A stretch of DNA of 64,000 nt from an uncultured Candidatus Rokubacteria bacterium (GTDB taxonomy: Bacteria > Methylomirabilota > Methylomirabilia > Rokubacteriales > CSP1-6). Location of the stretch: contig CAVWWD010000004.1 in NCBI GenBank assembly GCA_963758635.1, positions 192,001 through 256,000 of the forward strand. Reading direction: 5' to 3'. The stretch's first letter is position 1; each line of letters opens with the position of its first letter. A program made the position numbers and the translations under genes. The notes under the pieces are model-generated. The model ran no database searches, was not told the origin of the DNA, and saw nothing but the letters and a program-made list of their open reading frames with translations. Below, in pieces: positions 8,539-18,735 of this stretch.

Positions 8539-10160
8539 ATGGTACGCCCGTTCTCCCTCCTGGTGGCCCTCGCCGCTGCTGCTGTGCGCGCCCGAGGCTC
8601 ACGCGCAGATCACCGTGCAGGAAGCCATGCTCCGCGCCAAGCCCGCCGTCGTCCTCGTCAACACCGAGGTGGACGCGGAGGTCACGCTCGACTGCGGCGC
8701 CGGCCCCCTGACCGTCAAGCCCCCGGTGTTCCGCGAGACGGGCACCGGCTGGTTCGTCGACCAGGCCGGGTGGGTCGTCACCAACGGCCACGTCGTCCAG
8801 CCCGCGCACACGCCGCCGCGCTGGCTGGTGAACCAGCAGGCGCAGAAGGCGGTGACGACGGCCTGCCTGCCCGCCGCGCTCGCCAAGGCCGGGCTCGCGC
8901 CCGGCGAGCATCCGGACAAGGAAGAGGCGATCAAGCGGAAGCTCCTGGATCAGCTCTTCCCCTCCACGAAGGTGAAGCTGACGCCGACGGTCACCGTGGT
9001 CGTCTCGAGCGGCGTGAAGCTCAAGGCCGAGGTGAGCAAGTACACGCCGCCGGTGAGCCCCGAGCCGGGGATCATGTCCGGCCGCGACCTCGCGCTGCTG
9101 AAGGTGCAGGGCGAGGGCTATCCCGGTCCTCACGGTGGCCGACTCGAAGACGGTCCAGATCGGCGACTCCATCCACATCATCGGCTTTCCCGGCGTCGTG
9201 CTGACCCACGAGCTCCTGAACAAGTCGGCGTCGGTCGAGGCGTCGATCACCCGCGGCTCGGTGTCGGGATTCAAGGAAGACGTGGCCAACCAGCCCATGA
9301 TCCAGACCGACGCGCCCGCCTCGTGGGGGAACTCGGGCGGGCCCGCCGTGAGCTCGAAGGGGGCGGTCCTGGGCGTCCTCACGTTCGTGTCGCTGACACC
9401 GGGGGCCGAGGGGTCGATCGTCCAGGGCTTCAACTTCGTCATCCCCTCGCAGGCCGTCCGCGACTTCTTGAAAGACACGCCGGTGAAGCTGGACGGCAAG
9501 AGCCGGTTCAACGACGTGTGGTTCGGCGCGCTGCGCGCCTACTTCACCGAGGACTGGGCGGAGCGCGGTCAAGCAGTTCCAGGCGACCGACGCGGTGATC
9601 CCGAAGCTGCCCGACGTCAAGCGCCAGCTCGACGAGGCGCAGGAGATGCTGAAGAACCCGCCGCCGCGGCCCTTCCCGTGGTTCTGGGTGGCCATCGGCG
9701 TCACCGTGCTGAGCGCGGGCGGCTACGGCGTGCAGTTCTTCCTGCGCTGGCAGAAGAACCGCTACCGGGTGCAGCCCTCGGAGGTCATCCGGATGCTGGA
9801 GTCGGGCAAGGCGCCGGTGGTCCTCGACACGCGGCGGAGCGAGGTCTACGACGCCCTGCCGTTCCGCATCCCCAACTCGGTTCGCCTCGCCCCCGAGGAG
9901 GTGTCGGGCGGGGTGTCGGGGCTCGAGCTGGACACCGCCGCGCCGCTGGTCGCCTATTGCACGGATCCGAACGAGGTCACGAGCGCGAAGGTGGCGGCCG
10001 GGCTCCGGAAGCTCGGCTTCAAGGACGTGAGGATCCTCAAGGGTGGGCTGGGCGCGTGGACGAACGCCGGCCTGCCGATCGAGAGCCGCTCCGACATCTC
10101 CGCGGTGCGGGCTCGAGCTCTACAAGGCGCTGGCCGGCGGCAACGCGTGGCTACGCTCAG
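8539..10160 (+). CDS. Exported trypsin-like (S1C) serine protease fused via a TM helix to a rhodanese domain; several frameshifts, end approximate
   Basis: Signal peptide; GTGW, VTNGHVV, DLALLKV, QTDAPASWGNSGGP triad motifs; TM WFWVAIGVTVL; rhodanese LDTR, YCTDPNE, LKGGLGAW. Confidence 0.78.
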
Positions 10161-11796
10161 GAGCGCCCGCGCGCCCGGCGCCCCCGTCCGGCGCGCGGGG
10201 ATCCGAGCCGCCCACGAGGCCGGCGCCCGCCGGGTCCATCCAGATGCACTGGGCGTGGCCGAAGAGGTCGTCCCACTCCTCGCCGACCTGCACCTCGTGG
10301 CCACGCTCCGCGAGGTCGCGCGCCAGCTCCTCCGGATAGCGGCCCTCGACGCTCAGCGCCCGCGTCGCCGTGCCCCACGTGCGCCCGTAGAGCCAGCGCG
10401 GGGCCTCGACGGCGGCCTGCGGGCCGAGGCCCCGGTGGAGCACCCGCGTGAGGAGCGCCGCCTGGGTCTGCGGCTGTCCCTCTCCGCCCATCGTGCCGTG
10501 CACGAACCGGGGGCGGCCGCCCTCGAGGTACATGCAGGGGATGAGCGTGTGCATCGTGCGCTTGAGCGGGGCGAGCGCGTTGACGTGCGCGGGGTCGAGC
10601 GAGAAGAAGCTGCCGCGGTTCTGCAGGACCACGCCGGTGTCGCCCGCGAGCACCGCGGACCCGAACGTGTAGTAGAGCGACTGGATCAGCGCCACCGCGT
10701 TGCCGGCGCCATCGGCGGTCACGATGGCGATGGTGTCGCCCCCCGCGCGGCGCCGGGGCCGGCGGGGCGGCCGCGCGCCGCATGGAAATCCGTGCCCCGC
10801 ATCGCGGCGAGGCGCTCGGGGGCGAGCAGCTCCTCCGGGCGGACCCGCATCGCGCGGGGCTCGGTCAGGTAGCGGTCGCGATCCTCGAAGGCGAGCTTCA
10901 CGGCCTCCACGAGCAGGTGGACGTAGTCGGCCTCGGGCAGGGCGGCGAGGTCGAAGCCGGCCACGATGCCCAGCAGCGCGAGCGCCGACATCCCCTGGGT
11001 CGGCGGCGGGAAGCTCACCGCCTCGCCCGCCGCGTAGGGGATGCGCAGCGGGCTCCATCCATTCCGAGTGGTGCTCGAAGAAGTCGGCGAACGCCAGCGG
11101 GCTGCCCGCGCCTGCCGCCGCCGCGGCGAGCCGCCGGCCGAGGTCGCCGCGATAGAAGACGTCGGCGCCGCCGTCCCGCACGGCCTCGAGCGTCCGGGCG
11201 AGGTCGCGCTGCACGAGCGGGCCGCGCGCGAGCGCGTCAGGATGATAGAGCGGCCAGAGGGCCGCGCGCGTCTCCGGGGCGGCGCCGTCCCCGAACAGGT
11301 CCGGCTCGCGCGGGGGCGGCCGCCGCTGACCCGCCGAGGGCGCGAACCCGTCCCGAGCGTGCCCGATGGCGTCGCGCAGGAGCGCGGGCCACGGCAGCCG
11401 CGAGCCCATCTCCTCGACGCTGTAGCGATGCGCGCGCCACCAGCCGTCCACCGCGCCGGGCACCGTCACCGCGGCGAGCCCGCCGCGCGCGGGGATGGCC
11501 CCGGAGACGCCGCGGGCCGCGTACCACCCGATGGTGGCGGACGCGGCGGCCCGGCCGATGCCGCAGAGGGCGCGGAGCCGGCCGGCGGCCGCGTCGTGGA
11601 TGAGCCACACGTTGTCGCCGCCGAGCCCGTTCATGTGCGGATACACGACGGCGACGGTGGCGGCGGCGGCGATGGCGGCATCGACGGCGTTGCCGCCGGC
11701 CCGGAGCGCGGCGACGCCGGCCTCGGTGGCGAGCCGGTGAGGCGTGGCGACCATGCCGCGCGCCGCGCGCGCCTCGGGGAACCGGGTCGCGGTCAT
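10157..11796 (-). CDS. ggt: Gamma-glutamyltransferase family protein (frameshifted)
   Basis: GMVATPH, GGNAVDAAIA, VVYPHMNGLGGD, DTIAIVTAD nucleophile Thr, LQNRG, HTLIP, GTMGGEGQPQ, GGSDPR. Confidence 0.92.
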
Positions 11797-11850
11797 GGTA
11801 GTGTCCACTGTACTCGGAAACCGGCGCTGCGCCCCCGTGAGACCCGAGCC

Positions 11851-11870
11851 CGCCGCGTGATCACGCGGCG
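11851..11870. promoter_or_regulatory. Perfect 20-bp palindrome between divergent ggt and dioxygenase genes
   Basis: CGCCGCGTGA|TCACGCGGCG. Confidence 0.45.
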
Positions 11871-11913
11871 AGCGGAGCGGGCCGGCGCCCGGTCGCGAAG
11901 GAGGCGCTCAGGG

Positions 11914-12759
11914 ATGGGCAGGATCGTCTACGCCGGCGCGATGTCGCACGTGCTGTACCCCGACTACTACGGCAAGAACGTGGGGCCCCACGGCCGGAAG
12001 ATGGTCGAGGAGCTGATCGAGGTCGTGCGCGACATGGGGGTCGCGCTTCGCGCGGCGCGCCCCGACGCGCTGGTCGTCATCGCCGACGACCACCTCAACG
12101 TGTTCTCCTTCGACGCGGTGCCCGCCCTCTGCGTCCGCGTGGGCCGCTTCGTCGATCGCATGGTCCAGGAGGACGCGATCGAGTTCGACCGCGCGCTGGA
12201 GGGGCTGCCCGCCCGCTACCCTCTCCACGAGGACCTGGCCAACCGGCTCCTGGAGCAGGGGATGGAGGCGGGCTTCGACCTGGCCGCGTCCTGGTCGGCG
12301 CCGCTCGATCACGCGTTCCTGAGCCCGGTGGGGACCCTGTGCGGGGCCGAGCCCGCGCCGCCCCTGGTGCCGTTCTGGGTGAACTGCTTCCTGGCCCCGC
12401 AGCCCACCGCGCGCCGCTGCTTCGCCGCCGGCCGGCTGCTCGCCCGCGTCGTGGCCGAGGGGCCGTGGAACGTGGCCGTGATCGCCACGGGCGGGCTGAG
12501 CCACTTCCCGGAGCTGTCGCTGGCGCGCGTGGGCCAGTCCGATCCCGCGTTCGACCGGCGCGTTGTCCGCTGGCTCGAGGCCGGAGAGCACGAGCCGCTC
12601 TGCGCGCTCAGCGCCAAGGAGCTCCACGAGACGGGCTCCCACGAGCTCCTGAACTGGATGGTCCTGGTCGGCGCGGTCAGCCCCGCGCGCGCCCGCGTGC
12701 GCTTCTTCGGCGAGATGGGCCGCATCGACCTCGCCGCCCTGGAGTGGGACACGAGATGA
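11914..12759 (+). CDS. Extradiol ring-cleavage dioxygenase, LigB-type catalytic subunit
   Basis: MGRIVYAGAMSH, PDALVVIADDH, LDHAF, IATGGLSH, GSHELLNW; AGGAGG upstream. Confidence 0.88.
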   Translation: MGRIVYAGAMSHVLYPDYYGKNVGPHGRKMVEELIEVVRDMGVALRAARPDALVVIADDHLNVFSFDAVPALCVRVGRFVDRMVQEDAIEFDRALEGLPARYPLHEDLANRLLEQGMEAGFDLAASWSAPLDHAFLSPVGTLCGAEPAPPLVPFWVNCFLAPQPTARRCFAAGRLLARVVAEGPWNVAVIATGGLSHFPELSLARVGQSDPAFDRRVVRWLEAGEHEPLCALSAKELHETGSHELLNWMVLVGAVSPARARVRFFGEMGRIDLAALEWDTR

Positions 12760-12764
12760 GCCGC

Positions 12765-12848
12765 ACCGGAGAGACACGCCGTGAACGGCATGCACGAGGT
12801 GGTGGGGGGGTATGGGGGCGGAGCGGCGCCGCTCCCCCCCATTTCAAA
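12765..12848 (+). repeat. Small GC-rich insertion (REP/MITE-like) flanked by a 9-bp direct repeat ATGAGCCGC
   Basis: ATGAGCCGC at 12756-12764 and 12849-12857; internal G-run/C-run hairpin (GGGGGCGGAGCGGCGCCGCTCCCCCCC). Confidence 0.6.
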
Positions 12849-13064
12849 ATGAGCCGCTACGACCTGAACGTGATCCTCTACCGCCTCAAGAAGGACGCGG
12901 CGTTCCGGGCGCGCTTCCGGGCGGATCCCCGCGCCGCGCTGGCCGGCGCGGACCTGACCGACGAGGAGGCCGAGGCCTTCGTCCGCTGGGACTTGCGCCG
13001 GCTGAACGATCTGGGAGGGTCGCTCCATCTGCTGGTCTCGATCCCCGCGCTCGGCGGCCATTGA
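12849..13064 (+). CDS. LigA-type small (alpha) subunit of the extradiol dioxygenase
   Basis: MSRYDLNVILYRL...FRARFRADPRAALAGADLTDEE pattern; adjacent to the LigB-like gene; alternative in-frame start at 12756. Confidence 0.8.
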   Translation: MSRYDLNVILYRLKKDAAFRARFRADPRAALAGADLTDEEAEAFVRWDLRRLNDLGGSLHLLVSIPALGGH

Positions 13065-13183
13065 CGGTGCCCGCGAAGCGGGCAGGGGCCGCGCCTGGCG
13101 CTTGCCATCCGGCGTCCGGCCGGTGTATGTAAGGGCCACTCAGTACACCCGGTTCAGGGCGCTCATCGAAGAGGAGCCGACAC

Positions 13184-14857
13184 ATGTCCACGAAGCCTCC
13201 GTCCCGTCCTTCCAACGTCAACCGGCGCCAGTTCCTCAAGACCGCCGTCACCGCCGCGGGCGCCGCAGGCGTCGGGCCGGCGGTGCTGCGCGGCCGCGCG
13301 GAGGCGCAGGAGACGCCTTCTCCGATCCGGCCGGAGGCTGGGGCCAAGCGCGGCGGGACGCTGCGTTACTCGGTGCACACCGCGCCGGTGCACTTCGACG
13401 TGCACCAGTCCGGCACCGTCGCCAACATCGGCGCCCAGAGCCCGATGTACGACACGCTGATCCGCCGGCACCCGAAGGACGGGCAGACGATCATCCCGGA
13501 CCTCGCCTGGAAGTGGGACATCGCGCCCGACGGCAAGAAGTACACCTTCCACCTGCGCAAGGGCGTCAAGTTCCACGACGGGGCGGACTTCACGTCGGAG
13601 GACGTCAAGGCCACGTACGACCGCATCGCGCACCCGCCCAAGGGCGTGGTGATCCCGCGCACGCCGCTGTTCAGCACGGTGAGCGAGATCGTGGCGCCTG
13701 ATCCCCACCGCATCGAGTTCCGTCTGAGCGAGCCGCGGCCGCGCGCGTTCATGCTCGGCGCCTTCGCGAGCGGCTGGAACATCATCGTGCGCAAGAAGAC
13801 GATCGATGAGACCCAGTCGAACCTCCGCCAGGTCATGAACTACCCGGGCACCGGGCCGTTCAAGCACGTCTCCCGGAAGGACAAGGAAGTCTGGATCATG
13901 GAGCGGAACCCCAACTACTGGAACAAGGGGCTGCCCTACGTGGACCGGCTCGAGATCTACCACGCGCCGCCGTTCTCGGCGGAGCTGGGCGCGTCCTTCC
14001 TGTCCGGCAAGGTCGACTACGCGCGGCTGCTCGATCCGGTGTCGTGGCGCAAGGCCAAGGAGATGCCCGGGGTGACGGCGGCGGCCTTCAACCAGAGCGT
14101 CATCCAGTGCGTGTACGCGAACCTGAAGAAGAAGCCGCTCAACGACCCGCGGGTGCGCCGGGCCATCCACCTCGTCATGGACCGGAACGCCCTCGTCGAG
14201 GTGGTCAAGGACACCGCGCCGATGCAGATCGGCGGCTTCGTGTATCCGTTCCACGAGTTCTCGACGCCGAAGGCGGAGCTGGAGAAGAAGCTCGGCTACC
14301 AGAAGGACATCCGGCCGGCCGTCCAGGAAGCCAAGAAGCTCATGGCGGAGGCCGGCTACGCCGGCGGCATCAAGGGCCTGGACTTCCTGGTGCGCGAGGC
14401 CAACACGTTCAAGCTCTGGGCGGTGGCCATCCAGTCCATGCTCAAGGAGCACCTCAACATCGAGACCAACCTGCGCGTCGTCCAGATCTCGCAGTGGTTC
14501 GAGGAGGCGGCGGCGGGCAACTTCGACCTCGGCATCACCGCCATCGTGTCCACGCTGATGGATCCCTCGGACTACTTCACCGCCTGGTACGGCAAGGACG
14601 GCCCGCAGAACTACGGCGGCTGGACCAACGAGCAGTTCCACACCGTCGCCAAGCAGCTGGAGCGCGAGCTCGACGACAACAAGCGCAAGGCTCTGGTGCG
14701 GCAGGCCGAGGCCATCCTCGAGCAGGACCCGCCGCTCATCCCGGTGGCCTACGAGCAGATCTACGACGCCTGGTACAACAAGGTGCGCGGCCAGAACCCG
14801 TCCACGTACTTCGGCATCTACGACGTGGTCCGCTGGGACCAGGTCTGGGTGGCCTAG
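13184..14857 (+). CDS. ABC transporter substrate-binding protein (family 5), Tat signal
   Basis: NRRQFLK twin-arginine motif, GGTLR, YTFHLRKGVKFHDG, GTGPF. Confidence 0.94.
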   Translation: MSTKPPSRPSNVNRRQFLKTAVTAAGAAGVGPAVLRGRAEAQETPSPIRPEAGAKRGGTLRYSVHTAPVHFDVHQSGTVANIGAQSPMYDTLIRRHPKDGQTIIPDLAWKWDIAPDGKKYTFHLRKGVKFHDGADFTSEDVKATYDRIAHPPKGVVIPRTPLFSTVSEIVAPDPHRIEFRLSEPRPRAFMLGAFASGWNIIVRKKTIDETQSNLRQVMNYPGTGPFKHVSRKDKEVWIMERNPNYWNKGLPYVDRLEIYHAPPFSAELGASFLSGKVDYARLLDPVSWRKAKEMPGVTAAAFNQSVIQCVYANLKKKPLNDPRVRRAIHLVMDRNALVEVVKDTAPMQIGGFVYPFHEFSTPKAELEKKLGYQKDIRPAVQEAKKLMAEAGYAGGIKGLDFLVREANTFKLWAVAIQSMLKEHLNIETNLRVVQISQWFEEAAAGNFDLGITAIVSTLMDPSDYFTAWYGKDGPQNYGGWTNEQFHTVAKQLERELDDNKRKALVRQAEAILEQDPPLIPVAYEQIYDAWYNKVRGQNPSTYFGIYDVVRWDQVWVA

Positions 14858-14881
14858 CGCCAGGGGCGACCCGGGCGGGAC

Positions 14882-15835
14882 GTGCCGAAGTATCTCCTGC
14901 GGAGGGCGATCTTCGCCCTCGGCACCATGCTCGGGGTGTCGCTGATCGTCTTCGTGGTCCTCCGGATCCTGCCCGGGGACCCGCTGGTGGCCGTCCTGGG
15001 CTACGAGGGCCACGCGAGGCTCACGCCGGACGCCCGGGCCCAGATGATGCAGGAGCTGGGCTTTGCCGACTCGCTGCCCGTGCAGTACGTTCGCTGGCTT
15101 CGCGACATCGCGTCCGGGCATCTCGGCAAGTCCTTCTTCCGCGGCGACACCGTGGCCGCGATGATCCTGCACCGCGGGCCGCTGTCCGCGGAGATCGCCA
15201 TCCTCGCCCTCGTCGTCTCGTGGCTCGTCGGCCTGCCCGTGGGCGTCCTGAGCGCGCTCCGGCCCAACGGGTGGGCCGACGCCATCGTCCGGTCCATCTC
15301 CGTGCTGTTCATCGCGGTGCCCGGCTTCTGGCTCGGGCTCCTCGTCGTGCTCGCGCTGCTGTTCTGGTTCGGCTACAAGGCGCCGATCGTGATCGTCCAC
15401 GTGTGGGAGAACCCCTGGCAGAACTTCCAGCAGGTCATCGGGCCGGCGATGGTGCTCGGGCTCGCCCAGGGGGCGTACATCGCGCGCATGTCCCGCTCGT
15501 GCCTGCTCGAGGTGATCCGCGAGGACTACGTGCGCACCGCGCGCGCCAAGGGGGCCCGGGAGCGCGCGGTCGTGCTCCGGCACGCGCTCCCCAACGCGCT
15601 CCTGCCCGTGATCACGATCTCCGGCGTGCTGCTCGGCTTCGTCCTCGGCGGCTCGGTGGCGGTCGAGCAGGCCTTCGGCGTGCCCGGGCTCGGACGCGCG
15701 CTCGTGGTGGCCATCGTGGAGCGCGACATCGTCGTGGTGCAGAACCTCGTCCTGCTCTACGCGGCCATCTTCGTGGTGGTCAACGTGTTCGTGGACATGT
15801 CCTACGCGCTGCTCGACCCCCGCATCCGCTACTGA
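14882..15835 (+). CDS. ABC transporter permease (DppB/OppB-like)
   Basis: LPGDP, EDYVRTARAKG, HALPNALLPVIT, LDPRIRY. Confidence 0.95.
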   Translation: MPKYLLRRAIFALGTMLGVSLIVFVVLRILPGDPLVAVLGYEGHARLTPDARAQMMQELGFADSLPVQYVRWLRDIASGHLGKSFFRGDTVAAMILHRGPLSAEIAILALVVSWLVGLPVGVLSALRPNGWADAIVRSISVLFIAVPGFWLGLLVVLALLFWFGYKAPIVIVHVWENPWQNFQQVIGPAMVLGLAQGAYIARMSRSCLLEVIREDYVRTARAKGARERAVVLRHALPNALLPVITISGVLLGFVLGGSVAVEQAFGVPGLGRALVVAIVERDIVVVQNLVLLYAAIFVVVNVFVDMSYALLDPRIRY

Positions 15836-15838
15836 GCC

Positions 15839-16780
15839 ATGGCCCCCTCCGACGGATCGATCCTGCGCGAGCTGCTGGCGTTCGTGCGCCGCAACCCGCT
15901 GTCCGCGGTGGGAGGCCTCGTGGGCCTGACCGTCATCGTGATCGCGCTCGCCGCGCCGTGGGTCGCCCCGAAGGAGCCCCTCAAGACCAACTTCCTGCGC
16001 ATGAGCAAGCCGCCCGACGCGCAGGCGTGGTTCGGCACCGACCAGGTCGGACGCGACACGCTCTCGCGCGTGATCTACGGCGCGCGCACCTCGCTCTTCG
16101 TGGCGTTCTTGGCGGTGCTGCTCGGCACCACGGTGGGGTCGCTGTGGGGGGTGGCGTGCGGCTACCTCGGCGGGCGCTTCGACCTCGTGAGCCAGCGGAT
16201 CATGGAGGTGCTCCAGGCCTTCCCCGACCTGATCCTGGCCATGGCCATCTCCATGGCCATCGGCACCGGCCTTCCCGCCGTGATCGTCGCCATCGCCGTC
16301 ACGCGCATCCCGTTCGGAGGGCGCGTCATCCGCTCGGTGGCGCTGTCCGTGCGCGAGATGCCCTACGTCGAGGCCGGGCGCGCGGCGGGCGCGTCCGCCC
16401 TCCGCATCATGACGCTCCACGTGCTGCCCCAGTGCCTCGCGCCGTACCTGGTGCTCGCCACCACGCACCTCGGGGTGGCGATCGTGATCGAGGCCGCGCT
16501 CGGCTTCCTCGGCGTCGGCGTGCCGCCGCCGACCCCCACGTGGGGCAACATGCTCGCCGACGCCATCACCGCCCTGGTCCCCCATTGGTGGCTGGTGCTC
16601 TACCCGGGGCTCGCGATCACCGTCACCGTGCTGGCGTTCAACCTGCTCGGCGACGGCATCCGCGACACCCTGGACCCCCGGCTGTCGCCGGCCATGCTCC
16701 GCGTGCTCACCGGCTCGGGCCGGCGCGCCGCGCCCGCCGCGAAGGTGGCCGAGGCGCGCGAGGAGAGCGCTCCCGCCTGA
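15839..16780 (+). CDS. ABC transporter permease (DppC/OppC-like)
   Basis: FGTDQVGRD, YGARTSL, YVEAGRAAGAS, PTWGNML, FNLLGDGIRDTLDP. Confidence 0.95.
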   Translation: MAPSDGSILRELLAFVRRNPLSAVGGLVGLTVIVIALAAPWVAPKEPLKTNFLRMSKPPDAQAWFGTDQVGRDTLSRVIYGARTSLFVAFLAVLLGTTVGSLWGVACGYLGGRFDLVSQRIMEVLQAFPDLILAMAISMAIGTGLPAVIVAIAVTRIPFGGRVIRSVALSVREMPYVEAGRAAGASALRIMTLHVLPQCLAPYLVLATTHLGVAIVIEAALGFLGVGVPPPTPTWGNMLADAITALVPHWWLVLYPGLAITVTVLAFNLLGDGIRDTLDPRLSPAMLRVLTGSGRRAAPAAKVAEAREESAPA

Positions 16781-16900
16781 GCGGGGCAGCCGCCCGAGGG
16801 CGCTCCCCGCCCGAGAGCGGTCGCCGGCGGCGGGGCGCGCCGGGGCGTTCGGCCCGGAAAAGCCTGCCGGTCCGGGCCGCCTTTCTGCGAGGATGGCGGC

Positions 16901-17722
16901 GTGCGGGCGTTCGACGCGAAGTTCGGCCCCGACTTCCTCGCCGCCGTCCCCGAGGCTCCCGGGGTCTACCGCATCTTCGACGCCGACGGCACGCTGATCT
17001 ACGTGGGCAAGGCCGCGAACCTCCGGCGCCGGCTCGCCCAGTACCGGACGATCGGCCGGAGGAAGGCGCACCGCAAGCGCCGGGCGCTGGTGGGCGCCGC
17101 CGCGCGCATCGTGTGGGAGGTCTGCGAGTCGGACCTGGCCGCGTCACTCGCGGAGATCCGGCTGATCCAGGACCTCCGCCCGCCGCGCAACGTGGTGAGC
17201 GCGTTCCCGTTCCTCTACCCGTTCATCGGCGTCCGCGACGAGGGCGTCGAGACCTACTTCTGCCTGACGACCTCGCCCGCGGCGTTCACCGGCTTCGACC
17301 TCCACGGGGCGTTCCGGTCGCGCGAGGTCACGCGCGAAGCGTTCGCCGCGCTCGCGCGGCTGCTCCGCTGGGCCGGGCATCCCGTCCCGCGCCACCGGTG
17401 CGCTCGCTTCGTGGCGGCGCGGCACTCGCGCGTGATCGGCTTCCGGCGCCTGCCCGCGGGGAGCCCCGCGCGCTGGGCTGGTCTGCTGCGGGGCGAGTCG
17501 CGGGAGGCGCTCGAGGCCTTGTCCCTCGAGCTGCTCGAGCACCCGGGTGCGCGCGCCCGCAGCGCGGAGATCCAGGAGGATCTGCGCGCGGTGGGACGCT
17601 TCTTCCGCCGGGAGGCCCTCGCCCTCGCCCGGGCGCGCGCCGCCGCGGGAGACGAGCGCTACCCGATCCCCCAGGAGGATCGCGACCTCCTGTTCACGCG
17701 CTACCGCCACGCTCGCGCGTGA
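16901..17722 (+). CDS. GIY-YIG nuclease domain protein (UvrC N-terminal-like)
   Basis: PEAPGVYRIFD...IYVGKAANLRRRL, E..LI..LRPPRN. Confidence 0.85.
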   Translation: MRAFDAKFGPDFLAAVPEAPGVYRIFDADGTLIYVGKAANLRRRLAQYRTIGRRKAHRKRRALVGAAARIVWEVCESDLAASLAEIRLIQDLRPPRNVVSAFPFLYPFIGVRDEGVETYFCLTTSPAAFTGFDLHGAFRSREVTREAFAALARLLRWAGHPVPRHRCARFVAARHSRVIGFRRLPAGSPARWAGLLRGESREALEALSLELLEHPGARARSAEIQEDLRAVGRFFRREALALARARAAAGDERYPIPQEDRDLLFTRYRHARA

Positions 17723-17738
17723 GCCTCCCGAGGGCGGG

Positions 17739-18735
17739 GTGAGAGTCGCCCTTCTTCACAACCCGAGGCCGACGGCGGCGCCCGCCGGGCCCGCGGACGA
17801 CGAGTTCGAGGAGTACGACTCCCCCGGCACTATCGCCGCGATCGCCGCGGCCCTGCGCGCCCTCGGCGTGTCGGTGGAGCCGGTGGTCGCGGACCGCGCG
17901 CTCCCGCGCCGCCTCGAGGAGGGACGCTACGACGTTGCCTTCAACGTCGCCGAGGGACAGGGCCGGCGCTGCCGCGAGGCCGTGCCCGCTGCGGTGTGCG
18001 AGCTCCTCGGGCTCCCGTTCACCGGCTCGGACGCGCTCACGCTGGCCGTCACCCTCGACAAGGCCGTCGCGCGCCGGATCGTCTCTCCGGACGTGCCCGT
18101 GGCGCCGGCCGCCCTCGTCGAGGGCGAGGCTGACCCGGCCGCGCTCGCCGCCTTGCGCTACCCCGTCATCGTGAAGCCGAACGACGAGGGGTCGAGCAAG
18201 GGGATCGGCGACGACGCCGTCGCCGCCGACGCCGCGGGCGCGTCCCGACGCTGCCGCGATCTTCGGGAGCGCTACGGGTGCCCGGTGCTGGTCGAGGAGT
18301 TCCTGCCCGGCGCCGAGGTGACCGTGGCCGTCGTGGGCAACGGAAGCGGCGCCCGCGTCCTCGGCGCCATGGAGATCGCCGCGGCGCCGGGCGGCGACGC
18401 CCGGCCCTTCGTGTACTCGATCGACGTCAAGCGCGACTGGCGGCGGCGCGTGCGCTACCACGTGCCGCCGCGGCTGCCTGTCGCGTGTCTCGTGTCCATC
18501 GAGCGCCTGGCCCTGACCGCGTTCCGGCTGCTGGGCTGCCGCGACGTCGCCCGCCTCGACTTCCGCCTCGACGCGGCGGGGCGACCCTGCTTCATCGAGT
18601 GCAACCCGCTGCCGGGCCTGGATCCCGCCAACAGCGACATCGTGCCTCCTGTCGCGCGGGCAGCTTCCGTATGAACGGCTGGTGCAGGGCATCCTGCTCG
18701 ACGCGGCCCGGCGGATGGGATTGGGCCTGCCGTGA
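17739..18735 (+). CDS. D-Ala-D-Ala ligase-like ATP-grasp protein (frameshift near 18650)
   Basis: FNVAEG, FTGSD, LDKA, YPVIVKP-DEGSSKGI, LVEEFLPGAE, ARLDFR, FIECNPLPGL. Confidence 0.88.

Noticed and set aside
13163..17071. Long antisense and alternate-frame ORFs (e.g. 66-1799, 13163-17071, 35119-37938, 47018-50170)
   Set aside because: Shadow ORFs expected at high GC3; Arg/Gly/Pro-rich, no motifs, overlapping well-supported genes
17739..18735. Housekeeping ddl or vancomycin-resistance ligase
   Set aside because: N-terminus lacks the GG.S.E motif of Ddl/Van ligases, and the context has no mur or van genes
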